Of a stretch of DNA of 64,000 nucleotides, positions 42,801-55,700 are shown one piece after another. Under the pieces are notes generated by a model that saw only the letters and a program-made list of their open reading frames with translations, was not told the DNA's origin and made no database searches. The position numbers and the translations under genes are program-made. Position 1 is the stretch's first letter; every line of letters starts with the position of its first letter. The stretch covers positions 3,906,001 through 3,970,000 of the forward strand of contig OZ059895.1 of NCBI GenBank assembly GCA_964057225.1, in the 5' to 3' direction. Source of the DNA: Auanema rhodensis (Eukaryota; Animalia; Nematoda).

Positions 42801-45800
42801 TTTCAAGCTAGCGCAAATCTGATAACACAGATCGACGCAGCTTAAAAATCCGCATCGAATGCACTATACTTCATTGAGAAACGCTTAATACAAAACTTAG
42901 TTATGATCGTTTGAAAAATGATGCATTAGTGTATGTTGAGTTTCCATGTACACTCAACATTGCTTCCAAAAACATTTTTCGAAAAATTTTTTCGAAAAAT
43001 TTCAAAATAATTTAGCAAAAAGTAGATGTTTTTAGATTCCTTTTTTGAAGGCAAAGATGATGGACAATGTTATTCAACGAAAAAATTAATTCTTCAGGGT
43101 GAAAATCGAGGATATAAGTGTGAACTTATATCAGTTGATATCTCGGTGCATTTTTAAGCTAGCGCAAATCTGATAACACAGATCGACGCAGCTTACAAAT
43201 CCGCATCGAATGCACAATACTTCATTGAGAAACGCTTAATACAAAAATTAGTTATGATTGTTTGAAAAATGATGCATTAGTGTATGTTGAGTTTCCATGT
43301 ACACTCAACATTGCTTCCAAAAACATTTTGACAAAAATTTTTTCAAAAAATTTCAGAATAATTTAGCAAAAAGTAAATGTTTTTAGATTCATTTTTTTAA
43401 GGCAAAGACGATGGACAATGTTTTTCAACGAAAAAATTGATTCTTCAGGGTGAAAATCGAGGATATAAGTGTGAACTTATATCAGTTGATATCTCGGTGC
43501 ATTTTCAAGCTAGCGCAAATCTGATAACACAGATCGACGCAGCTTAAAAATCCGCATCGAATGCACAATACTTCATTGAGAAACGCTTAATACAAAAATT
43601 AGTTATGATCGTTTGAAAAATGATGCATTAGTGTATGTTGAGTTTCCATGTACACTCAACATTGCTTCCAAAAACATTTTGACAAAAATTTTTTCAAAAA
43701 ATTTCAGAATAATTTAGCAAAAAGTAGATGTTTTTAGATTCATTTTTTTAAGGCAAAGACGATGGACAATGTGATTCAACGAAAAAATTGATTCTTCAGG
43801 GTGAAAATCGAGGATATAAGTGTGAACTTATATCAGTTGATATCTCGGTGCATTTTCAAGCTAGCGCAAATCTGATAACACAGATCGACGCAGCTTAAAA
43901 ATCCGCATCGAATGCACAATACTTCATTGAGAAACGCTTAATACAAAAATTAGTTATGATCGTTTGAAAAATGATGCATTAGTGTATGTTGAGTTTCCAT
44001 GTACACTCAACATTGCTTCCAAAAACATTTTGACAAAAATTTTTTCGAAAAATTTCAAAATAATTTAGCAAAAAGTAGATGTTTTTAGATTCCTTTCTTT
44101 AAGGCAAAGACGATGGACAATGTGATTCAACGAAAAAATCAATTCTTCAGGGTGAAAATCGAGGATATAAGTGTGAACTTATATCAGTTGATATCTCGGT
44201 GCATTTTTGAGCTAGCGCAAATCTGATAACACAGATCGACGCAGCTTAAAAATCCGCATCTAATACACTATACTACATTGAGAAACGCTTAATACAAAAC
44301 TTAGTTATGATCGTTTGAAAAATGATGCATTAGTGTATGTTGAGTTTCCATGTACACTCAACATTGCTTCCAAAAACATTTTGACAAAAATTTTTTCGAA
44401 AAATTTCAAAATAATTTAGCAAAAAGTAGATGTTTTTAGATTCCTTTTTTAAAGGCAAAGATGATGGACAATGTTATTCAACGAAAAAATTAATTCTTCA
44501 GGGTGAAAATCGAGGATATATGTGTGAACTTATATCAGTTGATATATCGGTGCATTTTCAAGCTAGCGCAAATCTGATAACACAGATCGACGAACCTAAA
44601 AAATCCGCATCGAATGCACTATACTTCATTGAGAAACGCTTAATACAAAACTTAGTTATGATCGTTTGAAAAATGATGCATTAGTGTATGTTGAGTTTCC
44701 ATGTACACTCAACATTGCTTCCAAAAACATTTTGACAAAAATTTTTTCGAAAAATTTCAAAATAATTTAGCAAAAAGTAGATGTTTTTAGATTCCTTTTT
44801 TTAAGGCAAAGATGATGGACAATGTTATTCAACGAAAAAATCAATTCTTCAGGGTGAAAATCGAGGATATAAGTGTGAACTTATATCAGTTGATATCTCG
44901 GTGCATTTTTAAGCTAGCGCAAATCTGATAACACAGATCGACGCAGCTTAAAAATCCGCATCGAATACACTATACTACATTGAGAAACGCTTAATACAAA
45001 ACTTAGTTATGATCGTTTGAAAAATGATGCATTAGTGTATGTTGAGTTTCCATGTACACTCAACATTGCTTCCAAAAACATTTTGACAAAAATTTTTTCG
45101 AAAAATTTCAAAATAATTTAGCAAAAAGTAGATGTTTTTAGATTCCTTTTTTTAAGGCAAAGACGATGGACAATGTTATTCAACGAAAAAATCAATTCTT
45201 CAGGGTGAAAATCGAGGATATAAGTGTGAACTTATATCAGTTGATATCTCGGTGCATTTTCAAGCTAGCGCAAATCTGATAACACAGATCGACGCAGCTT
45301 AAAAATCCGCATCGAATGCACTATACTTCATTGAGAAACGCTTAATACAAAAATTAGTTATGATCGTTTGAAAAATGATGCATTAGTGTATGTTGAGTTT
45401 CCATGTACACTCAACATTGCTTCCAAAAACATTTTGACAAAAATTTTTTCGAAAAATTTCAAAATAATTTAGCAAAAAGTAGATGTTTTTAGATTCCTTT
45501 CTTTAAGGCAAAGACGATGGACAATGTGATTCAACGAAAAAATCAATTCTTCAGGGTGAAAATCGAGGATATAAGTGTGAACTTATATCAGTTGATATCT
45601 CGGTGCATTTTTGAGCTAGCGCAAATCTGATAACACAGATCGACGCAGCTTAAAAATCCGCATCTAATACACTATACTACATTGAGAAACGCTTAATACA
45701 AAACTTAGTTATGATCGTTTGAAAAATGATGCATTAGTGTATGTTGAGTTTCCATGTACACTCAACATTGCTTCCAAAAACATTTTGACAAAAATTTTTT

Positions 45801-48800
45801 CGAAAAATTTCAAAATAATTTAGCAAAAAGTAGATGTTTTTAGATTCATTTTTTTAAGGCAAAGACGATGGACAATGTGATTCAACGAAAAAATTGATTC
45901 TTCAGGGTGAAAATCGAGGATATAAGTGTGAACTTATATCAGTTGATATCTCGGTGCATTTTCAAGCTAGCGCAAATCTGATAACACAGATCGACGCAGC
46001 TTAAAAATCCGCATCGAATGCACTATACTTCATTGAGAAACGCTTAATACAAAACTTAGTTATGATCGTTTGAAAAATGATGCATTAGTGTATGTTGAGT
46101 TTCCATGTACACTCAACATTGCTTCCAAAAACATTTTGACAAAAATTTTTTCGAAAAATTTCAAAATAATTTAGCAAAAAGTAGATGTTTTTAGATTCCT
46201 TTCTTTAAGGCAAAGACGATGGACAATGTGATTCAACGAAAAAATCAATTCTTCAGGGTGAAAATCGAGGATATAAGTGTGAACTTATATCAGTTGATAT
46301 CTCGGTGCATTTTTAAGCTAGCGCAAATCTGATAACACAGATCGACGCAGCTTAAAAATCCGCATCGAATACACTATACTACATTGAGAAACGCTTAATA
46401 CAAAACTTAGTTATGATCGTTTGAAAAATGATGCATTAGTGTATGTTGAGTTTCCATGTACACTCAACATTGCTTCCAAAAACATTTTGACAAAAATTTT
46501 TTCGAAAAATTTCAAAATAATTTAGCAAAAAGTAGATGTTTTTAGATTCATTTTTTTAAGGCAAAGATGATGGACAATGTTTTTCAACGAAAAAATTGAT
46601 TCTTCAGGGTGAAAATCGAGGATATAAGTGTGAACTTATATCAGTTGATATCTCGGTGCATTTTTAAGCTAGCGCAAATCTGATAACACAGATCGACGCA
46701 GCTTACAAATCCGCATCGAATGCACTACACTTCATTGAGAAACGCTTAATACAAAACTTAGTTATGATCGTTTGAAAAATGATGCATTAGTGTATGTTGA
46801 GTTTCCATGTACACTCAACATTGCTTCCAAAAACATTTTGACAAAAATTTTTTCGAAAAATTTCAAAATAATTTAGCAAAAAGTAGATGTTTTTAGATTC
46901 CTTTTTTTAAGGCAAAGACGATGGACAATGTTATTCAACGAAAAAATCAATTCTTCAGGGTGAAAATCGAGGATATAAGTGTGAACTTATATCAGTTGAT
47001 ATCTCGGTGCATTTTTGAGCTAGCGCAAATCTGATAACACAGATCGACGCAGCTTAAAAATCCGCATCGAATACACTATACTACATTGAGAAACGCTTAA
47101 TACAAAACTTAGTTATGATCGTTTGAAAAATGATGCATTAGTGTATGTTGAGTTTCCATGTACACTCAACATTGCTTCCAAAAACATTTTGACAAAAATT
47201 TTTTCGAAAAATTTCAAAATAATTTAGCAAAAAGTAGATGTTTTTAGATTCCTTTTTTAAAGGCAAAGATGATGGACAATGTTATTCAACGAAAAAATTA
47301 ATTCTTCAGGGTGAAAATCGAGGATATAAGTGTGAACTTATATCAGTTGATATCTCGGTGCATTTTCAAGCTAGCGCAAATCTGATAACACAGATCGACG
47401 AACCTAAAAAATCCGCATCGAATGCACTATACTTCATTGAGAAACGCTTAATACAAAACTTAGTTATGATCGTTTGAAAAATGATGCATTAGTGTATGTT
47501 GAGTTTCCATGTACACTCAACATTGCTTCCAAAAACATTTTGACAAAAATTTTTTCGAAAAATTTCAAAATAATTTAGCAAAAAGTAGATGTTTTTAGAT
47601 TCCTTTTTTTAAGGCAAAGATGATGGACAATGTTATTCAACGAAAAAATCAATTCTTCAGGGTGAAAATCGAGGATATAAGTGTGAACTTATATCAGTTG
47701 ATATCTCGGTGCATTTTTAAGCTAGCGCAAATCTGATAACACAGATCGACGCAGCTTAAAAATCCGCATCGAATACACTATACTACATTGAGAAACGCTT
47801 AATACAAAACTTAGTTATGATCGTTTGAAAAATGATGCATTAGTGTATGTTGAGTTTCCATGTACACTCAACATTGCTTCCAAAAACATTTTGACAAAAA
47901 TTTTTTCGAAAAATTTCAAAATAATTTAGCAAAAAGTAGATGTTTTTAGATTCCTTTTTTAAAGGCAAAGATGATGGACAATGTTATTCAACGAAAAAAT
48001 TAATTCTTCAGGGTGAAAATCGAGGATATAAGTGTGAACTTATATCATTTGATATCTCGGTGCATTTTTAAGCTAGCGCAAATCTGATAACACAGATCGA
48101 CGCAGCTTACAAATCCGCATCGAATGCACTACACTTCATTGAGAACCGCTTAATACAAAACTTAGTTATGATCGTTTGAAAAATGATGCATTAGTGTATG
48201 TTGAGTTTCCATGTACACTCAACATTGCTTCCAAAAACATTTTGACAAAAATTTTTTCGAAAAATTTCAAAATAATTTAGCAAAAAGTAGATGTTTTTAG
48301 ATTCCTTTTTTTAAGGCAAAGACGATGGACAATGTTATTCAACGAAAAAATCAATTCTTCAGGGTGAAAATCGAGGATATAAGTGTGAACTTATATCAGT
48401 TTATATCTCGGTGCATTTTTAAGCTAGCGCAAATCTGATAACACAGATCGACGCAGCTTAAAAATCCGCATCGAATACACTATACTACATTGAGAAACGT
48501 TTAATACAAAAATTAGTTATGATCGTTTGAAAAATGATGCATTAGTGTATGTTGAGTTTCCATGTACACTCAACATTGCTTCCAAAAACATTTTGACAAA
48601 AATTTTTTCGAAAAATTTCAAAATAATTTAGCAAAAAGTAGATGTTTTTAGATTCCTTTTTTAAAGGCAAAGATGATGGACAATGTTATTCAACGAAAAA
48701 ATTAATTCTTCAGGGTGAAAATCGAGGATATAAGTGTGAACATATATCAGTTAATATCTCGGTGCATTTTTAAGCTAGCGCAAATCTGATAACACAGATC

Positions 48801-51800
48801 GACGCAGCTTACAAATCCGCATCGAATGCACTATACTACATTGAAAAACGCTTAATACAAAACTTAGTTATGATCGTTTGAAAAATGATGCATTAGTGTA
48901 TGTTGAGTTTCCATGTACACTCAACATTGCTTCCAAAAACATTTTGACAAAAATTTTTTCAAAAAATTTCAGAATAATTTAGCAAAAAGTAGATGTTTTT
49001 AGATTCATTTTTTTAAGGCAAAGACGATGGACAATGTTATTCAACGAAAAAATTAATTCTTCAGGGTGAAAATCGAGGATATAAGTGTGAACTTATATCA
49101 GTTGATATCTCGGTGCATTTTTAAGCTAGCGCAAATCTGATAACACAGATCGACGCAGCTTACAAATCCGCATCGAATGCACTATACTTCATTGAGAAAC
49201 GTTTAATACAAAAATTAGTTATGATTGTTTGAAAAATGATGCATTAGTGTATGTTGAGTTTCCATGTACACTCAACATTGCTTCCAAAAACATTTTGACA
49301 AAAATTTTTTCAAAAAATTTCAGAATAATTTAGCAAAAAGTAGATGTTTTTAGATTCATTTTTTTAAGGCAAAGACGATGGACAATGTTTTTCAACGAAA
49401 AAATTGATTCTTCAGGGTGAAAATCGAGGATATAAGTGTGAACTTATATCAGTTGATATCTCGGTGCATTTTCAAGCTAGCGCAAATCTGATAACACAGA
49501 TCGACGCAGCTTAAAAATCCGCATCGAATGCACTATACTTCATTGAGAAACGCTTAATACAAAAATTAGTTATGATCGTTTGAAAAATGATGCATTAGTG
49601 TATGTTGAGTTTCCATGTACACTCAACATTGCTTCCAAAAACATTTTGACAAAAATTTTTTCGAAAAATTTCAAAATAATTTAGCAAAAAGTAGATGTTT
49701 TTAGATTCCTTTTTTTAAGGCAAAGACGATGGACAATGTTATTCAACGAAAAAATCAATTCTTCAGGGTGAAAATCGAGGATATAAGTGTGAACTTATAT
49801 CAGTTGATATCTCGGTGCATTTTTAAGCTAGCGCAAATCTGATAACACAGATCGACGCAGCTTACAAATCCGCATCGAATGCACTATACTTCATTGAAAA
49901 ACGCTTAATACAAAAATTAGTTATGATTGTTTGAAAAATGATGCATTAGTGTATGTTGAGTTTCCATGTACACTCAACATTGCTTCCAAAAACATTTTGA
50001 CAAAAATTTTTTCAAAAAATTTCAGAATAATTTAGCAAAAAGTAGATGTTTTTAGATTCATTTTTTTAAGGCAAAGACGATGGACAATGTTATTCAACGA
50101 AAAAATTAATTCTTCAGGGTGAAAATCGAGGATATAAGTGTGAACTTATATCAGTTGATATCTCGGTGCATTTTCAAGCTAGCGCAAATCTGATAACACA
50201 GATCGACGCAGCTTAAAAATCCGCATCGAATGCACTATACTTCATTGAGAAACGCTTAATACAAAACTTAGTTATGATCGTTTGAAAAATGATGCATTAG
50301 TGTATGTTGAGTTTCCATGTACACTCAACATTGCTTCCAAAAACATTTTGACAAAAATTTTTTCGAAAAATTTCAAAATAATTTAGCAAAAAGTAGATGT
50401 TTTTAGATTCCTTTTTTGAAGGCAAAGATGATGGACAATGTTATTCAACGAAAAAATTAATTCTTCAGGGTGAAAATCGAGGATATAAGTGTGAACTTAT
50501 ATCAGTTGATATCTCGGTGCATTTTTAAGCTAGCGCAAATCTGATAACACAGATCGACGCAGCTTACAAATCCGCATCGAATGCACAATACTTCATTGAG
50601 AAACGCTTAATACAAAAATTAGTTATGATTGTTTGAAAAATGATGCATTAATGTATGTTGAGTTTCCATGTACACTCAACATTGCACCAAAAACATTTTG
50701 ACAAAAATTTTTTCAAAAAATTTCAGAATAATTTAGCAAAAAGTAGATGTTTTTAGATTCATTTTTTTAAGGCAAAGACGATGGACAATGTTTTTCAACG
50801 AAAAAATTAATTCTTCAGGGTGAAAATCGAGGATATAAGTGTGAACTTATATCAGTTGATATCTCGGTGCATTTTCAAGCTAGCGCAAATCTGATAACAC
50901 AGATCGACGCAGCTTAAAAATCCGCATCGAATGCACTATACTTCATTGAGAAACGCTTAATACAAAACTTAGTTATGATCGTTTGAAAAATGATGCATTA
51001 GTGTATGTTGAGTTTCCATGTACACTCAACATTGCTTCCAAAAACATTTTGACAAAAATTTTTTCGAAAAATTTCAAAATAATTTAGCAAAAAGTAGATG
51101 TTTTTAGATTCCTTTTTTGAAGGCAAAGATGATGGACAATGTTATTCAACGAAAAAATTAATTCTTCAGGGTGAAAATCGAGGATATAAGTGTGAACTTA
51201 TATCAGTTGATATCTCGGTGCATTTTTAAGCTAGCGCAAATCTGATAACACAGATCGACGCAGCTTACAAATCCGCATCGAATGCACAATACTTCATTGA
51301 GAAACGCTTAATACAAAAATTAGTTATGATTGTTTGAAAAATGATGCATTAGTGTATGTTGAGTTTCCATGTACACTCAACATTGCTTCCAAAAACATTT
51401 TGACAAAAATTTTTTCAAAAAATTTCAGAATAATTTAGCAAAAAGTAGATGTTTTTAGATTCATTTTTTTAAGGCAAAGACGATGGACAATGTTTTTAAA
51501 CGAAAAAATTGATTCTTCAGGGTGAAAATCGAGGATATAAGTGTGAACTTATATCAGTTGATATCTCGGTGCATTTTCAAGCTAGCGCAAATCTGATAAC
51601 ACAGATCGACGCAGCTTAAAAATCCGCATCGAATGCACAATACTTCATTGAGAAACGCTTAATACAAAAATTAGTTATGATCGTTTGAAAAATGATGCAT
51701 TAGTGTATGTTGAGTTTCCATGTACACTCAACATTGCTTCCAAAAACATTTTGACAAAAATTTTTTCGAAAAATTTCAAAATAATTTAGCAAAAAGTAGA

Positions 51801-51811
51801 TGTTTTTAGAT
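12891..51811. repeat. Satellite B: 351-bp tandem array, about 111 copies, left of the retroelement
   Basis: TAATTCTTCAGGGTGAAAAT at 12901, 19921, 26941, 33961, 40981 and 48001, i.e. exactly 20 x 351 bp apart. Monomers differ almost only by substitutions. Confidence 0.98.
51808..51811 (+). repeat. Target-site duplication AGAT (left copy)
   Basis: Satellite ...TGTTTTTAGAT|CGTTAC; AGAT reappears at 61936-61939. Confidence 0.92.
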
Positions 51812-52192
51812 CGTTACATATTGTTTCTTCCCGTCTTTTCATGGTCGGAAGATATATGTACTTCTACCTTGTTCCTTAGGTAGGCAGACCCGAACGCCCC
51901 GATTTCCTTATTAAGACAAATACTTAAAGAGAAAAGGATTCATTATCAGATAACAAGAAAATACAATATATGAATTACATTAAGAAAGAATATAAAGAGA
52001 TATAACAAAGTATTAAATAGAGTATATATATAGATGATATAGAGATGAGACTCACATGGCTATAAGACAACCTATCTGGGTTAGGCCAGAAGCAAGAGTG
52101 CCATGTGTGTCCCATGTTGTGGGCGGGGCTTGTTCAGGCTCCCGCTATTTGAATAGCGCGCACATGTTTACCATGTGCTTGCAGATGTGACA
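51812..52192 (-). repeat. 3' LTR (381 bp)
   Basis: Direct repeat of 61555-61935 with no difference found by eye. In element orientation it reads TGTCACAT...ATGTAACG. Confidence 0.96.
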
Positions 52193-52204
52193 TCCCCCCA
52201 CCTT
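52193..52204 (-). promoter_or_regulatory. Polypurine tract (plus-strand primer)
   Basis: Minus strand AAGGTGGGGGGA immediately 5' of the 3' LTR start TGTCAC. Confidence 0.9.
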
Positions 52205-52796
52205 AAAAAGTTGAACGTCCTCGTTCAAAAACAAAATAAATTAATTCACTTTTTAAGATAGTTGGGTGTTGGAAAAAAATCATGGTGTAGTGGATAAAAA
52301 AAAAAAGTGTTTACAATACGATTTGAAAGTTTAGCTATTGTCTCTTCAAGTTTGTTGAATTCGAAATGTAGTATCGAGTAGATTCTATTCCATTCACTTG
52401 AGTAGTGAAATGCTTGCAAACGAGAGCTTTGCTTCTAAACCATTCGACTGTGATATAGTCGTTCATTTTCTCGAGTTGTACAGGTACGGTGTTACCCTGA
52501 GAATAGGTCGAGCCCGTTCTGTACAAAAAAATGAAAACTCGTTTAACCCGTATGACTAATGTCCATAAGGTGAATACAAGTAATGATTAAGCATAAAAAA
52601 TAGCAAAATTCACAAGAGAATGTTGAAAAAAAATCTACTCAATGAGAGTTGGAGTAATAAAACAAACTTTTGTAAAACAATAGCAGACTTCTCAGAGAAA
52701 ATCAATCAACAACAAAGAAGTGGTACAATCAGAAATGGCACAAAATAAAATTAAAAAAATTTCAACAATTTGATTTTGTTAAAAAAAAAACTACCT

Positions 52797-55700
52797 TCAA
52801 GAAATTGTGATAACCGGAATAGATGTTGTCCGTTGGTAAGGTTTGACGAAGTCCTTGTGTACTCTTCTGCTTTTTCCTTTATCTGTTTGAACCACGACGA
52901 AAGATCTTTGAACTGCTGTAACTAAATAAGGCCCTTCGAATGAAGGTGTTAGTTTGTTTCGAGTAGAATTCACTTTTATCATAACTAAGTCATTAACCTG
53001 AATTTCTTTATTTTGTGTTCTATTTCGTGTATTGTACCGTTGTTCATTCTTCTTTGTGCATGTTTCAATTCTATCTTTTACTATATTAGATGTGCTTTCA
53101 TTTTGTATTAGCGATCTATTGACAAAATCTTCTGTAGGATTGGCTGGTTCTTCAGTTTGAAGATTATTTCCAGGCAATTGATGGTCAATAGGAAGTCTTG
53201 CATCCCGACCAAATAATACAACATATGGACTAATAGATGTTGATGAGTTTGGTAACGTATTGATCGCAAACATAACTTTAGGTAGGTGTATATCCCAGTT
53301 AGTTTGTTGTTCATTCACGAATGAAGAGAGAGCTTCTTCTAAAGTTCTATGAAGTCTCTCCACTTGTCCATTAGCATTTTTATGATATGGTAGCGTAGTA
53401 GTGTGTTCAATTCCAAATTGTTTACACATAGCTTGAAATTCAGATGACAAAAAGCTACTACCATTATCGGTTATCATACTCATTGGTGGTCCATATATGA
53501 AAACAAATCTAATTACAAACGCTTTTGTGATTTCAGTAGCCGTTTGTGTTATTAATGGGCAAGTTGTTCCCCATTTACTAAAAGCGTCTTGAATACTCAA
53601 GATGTATCGATGTCCATCATTAGTGCGAGGTAAAGGACCTAGTATATCTACATGAATACGATCAAATGGCTTTTCGGGTACAACAAATCTTCCCATAGGT
53701 TGAATATACGATTGGTGTGGGTTAGATTTCCTACTTGCACATTTTGTACAACGATTAATAAATTCAGTTATTTGTGGAACCATATTAGTCCAAAAGAATC
53801 GTCGCCGAATCGCATCAGTAGTTTTATTTATACCTAGGTGTGCACCAATTTTGGAATCTTCATGAAAAAACTTGATAACAACATCAGTTATTTTGTCGTT
53901 ACGAGGCAAAATAATAGATGGTTTCAAATAATTTTTCGCTTGTTTTGCATGTAATATGCCTTCTCGTTCTTCATACCGGTCTGATATATTAGCCGGACAG
54001 TTATCATTATTAATTTGAGAAAGTGCTTCGCGAATCCAGGGAACTCCAGCTTGAACTTTCCGTATTTCTTCACAATTTAGTTGGTCAATAGAAGAAATAG
54101 TTGTGATATGAGCAATAAAAGCATCAACAGGTTTTACTTTGTCCTTTGGTTTAGTAGGACGACTGTCATTTGCTTCGTTTCCTATATACCTGGAGAGAGC
54201 ATCACAGACACTGTTTAATTTGCCAGGACGATATTCAATCTTTATGTTGAAATCTTGTATCATTAGTTGATACTTGGCTAATCTACCTATGAGATCTTTA
54301 CGCGACATTAAACTGGTTAATGGTCGGTGATCTGTGATAACTGTGGTAGGTACTCCTAATACATAGGTACGGAATTGTTGAAGAGCAAAGACTAAACCGA
54401 GTGCTTCAACTTCAATAGGAGGATATTTCCGTTCCGCTGGAGTCAACTTTCTACTAGCGAACGCAATCGGGTGTAATGGAGAATTTTTCTCTGCTGATTG
54501 CAATAAAACTGCTCCCACAGCGAACATACTGCCATCACTTTCTATAACAAAAGGTTGGTCTGCTTTAGGAGGTTTCAGTACAGGGGCAGTACACAGTAAT
54601 GTTTTTAAAGTTTCAAATGCGTCTGCATGTTCCGATTTCCACTCAAAAGGAGTATCCTTATGTGTTAACTTATACAATGGCTCAGCTATTCCGGCATAAT
54701 TTTGAATAAACCGTCGAAAATAGTTAGTCATACCTAGAAAGGATCTGACAGCCGTAACTGTGCTTGGATTTGGAAATTCGGAAACAGCCTGCATTTTAGC
54801 AGGATCTGGTTTAACACCATTTCTACCTATTATAAAACCCAAAAACTTTACTTCAGTGGCTGCAAAGCAACATTTAGATAACTTAATTTTTAACCCTAGT
54901 TCAGTGACCTTTTTCAGCACTTCTTGTATATCTCTTAAATGTTCTTCAGCTGAGTTCGAAATTATTAGCAAATCATCTAGATATACAAACAGTTTGCATC
55001 TAACAAGAGATTGCAAGTATCGTACTGCGGATTGAAAAGTGTGTGGCGCTCCACACAATCCCATAGGCATTCGGCAATACTGATAGGTACCTGATGGAGT
55101 GGTAAAAGCAGTTAAGTATCTATCTGAGCGTTTCAACGGTATTTGGAAGAAACCAGAAATGAGATCAAAATTCGAAAAGAACTGAGCTCCAGCCGCTAAG
55201 TCTATGATATCAGGAATGTGTGGGATGCTGTATGTTTGTTTCTTAGTAACACTATTCAATGCTCTAAAGTCAGTAACGAACCGGAAAGAATTATATTTCT
55301 TTTTCACAAGAACAACCGGACTAGTGAAAGTAGCCGTCGAATTTTCGATTATACCTTGCGACAACATTTCTTTCACTTGCCGTTCTACTTCTTCTTGCTT
55401 ACCCAATGGTACTCTGTAAGATCTACTTTTTGGAAAATCCATATCAGATCTTATAGGAATGGCATGTTCAACTGGTCCGCAAAAGAGACCAATATTATGA
55501 TCATGGTTGAAAAATGCCGTTTGGTTTTCCTTAATGATTGTGATCAGATTTTTCTTCATTTTATGAGACAGAGTGCAAGAATTGAAGTTCAAATCATCCA
55601 AAAGATGCTGAGGAAAAGTTGGTAACTTATCTTCCCAATCAGCTTCAGGTGGAACATAATCGTTCATAATTTCTTTAGATGCTATAAGTCCTGAACCAAT

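Noticed and set aside
12789-47477. Repeated 60-79 aa ORFs (MKNDALVY..., MFLDSFF..., also 62279-62518)
   Set aside because: Chance open frames in satellite monomers. They appear only where a SNP removes a stop, several start at TTG, and they have no protein motifs. Useful only as variant markers.
1-51811. CRISPR array or tandem rRNA/tRNA/snRNA gene cluster
   Set aside because: No unique spacers or cas genes. No recognisable 5S, tRNA, SL or U-snRNA sequence in either monomer.
12891-51811. Canonical CENP-B box or telomeric repeats
   Set aside because: No TTCG-N4-A-N2-CGGG motif and no TTAGGC/TTAGGG arrays seen. Centromere function cannot be claimed from sequence alone.
52205-52796. Conventional env ORF3 downstream of integrase (including the 63-aa ORF 52335-52526)
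   Set aside because: The region is short and U-rich in the transcript sense, with no signal peptide or TM-bearing ORF. It behaves as a 3' UTR.
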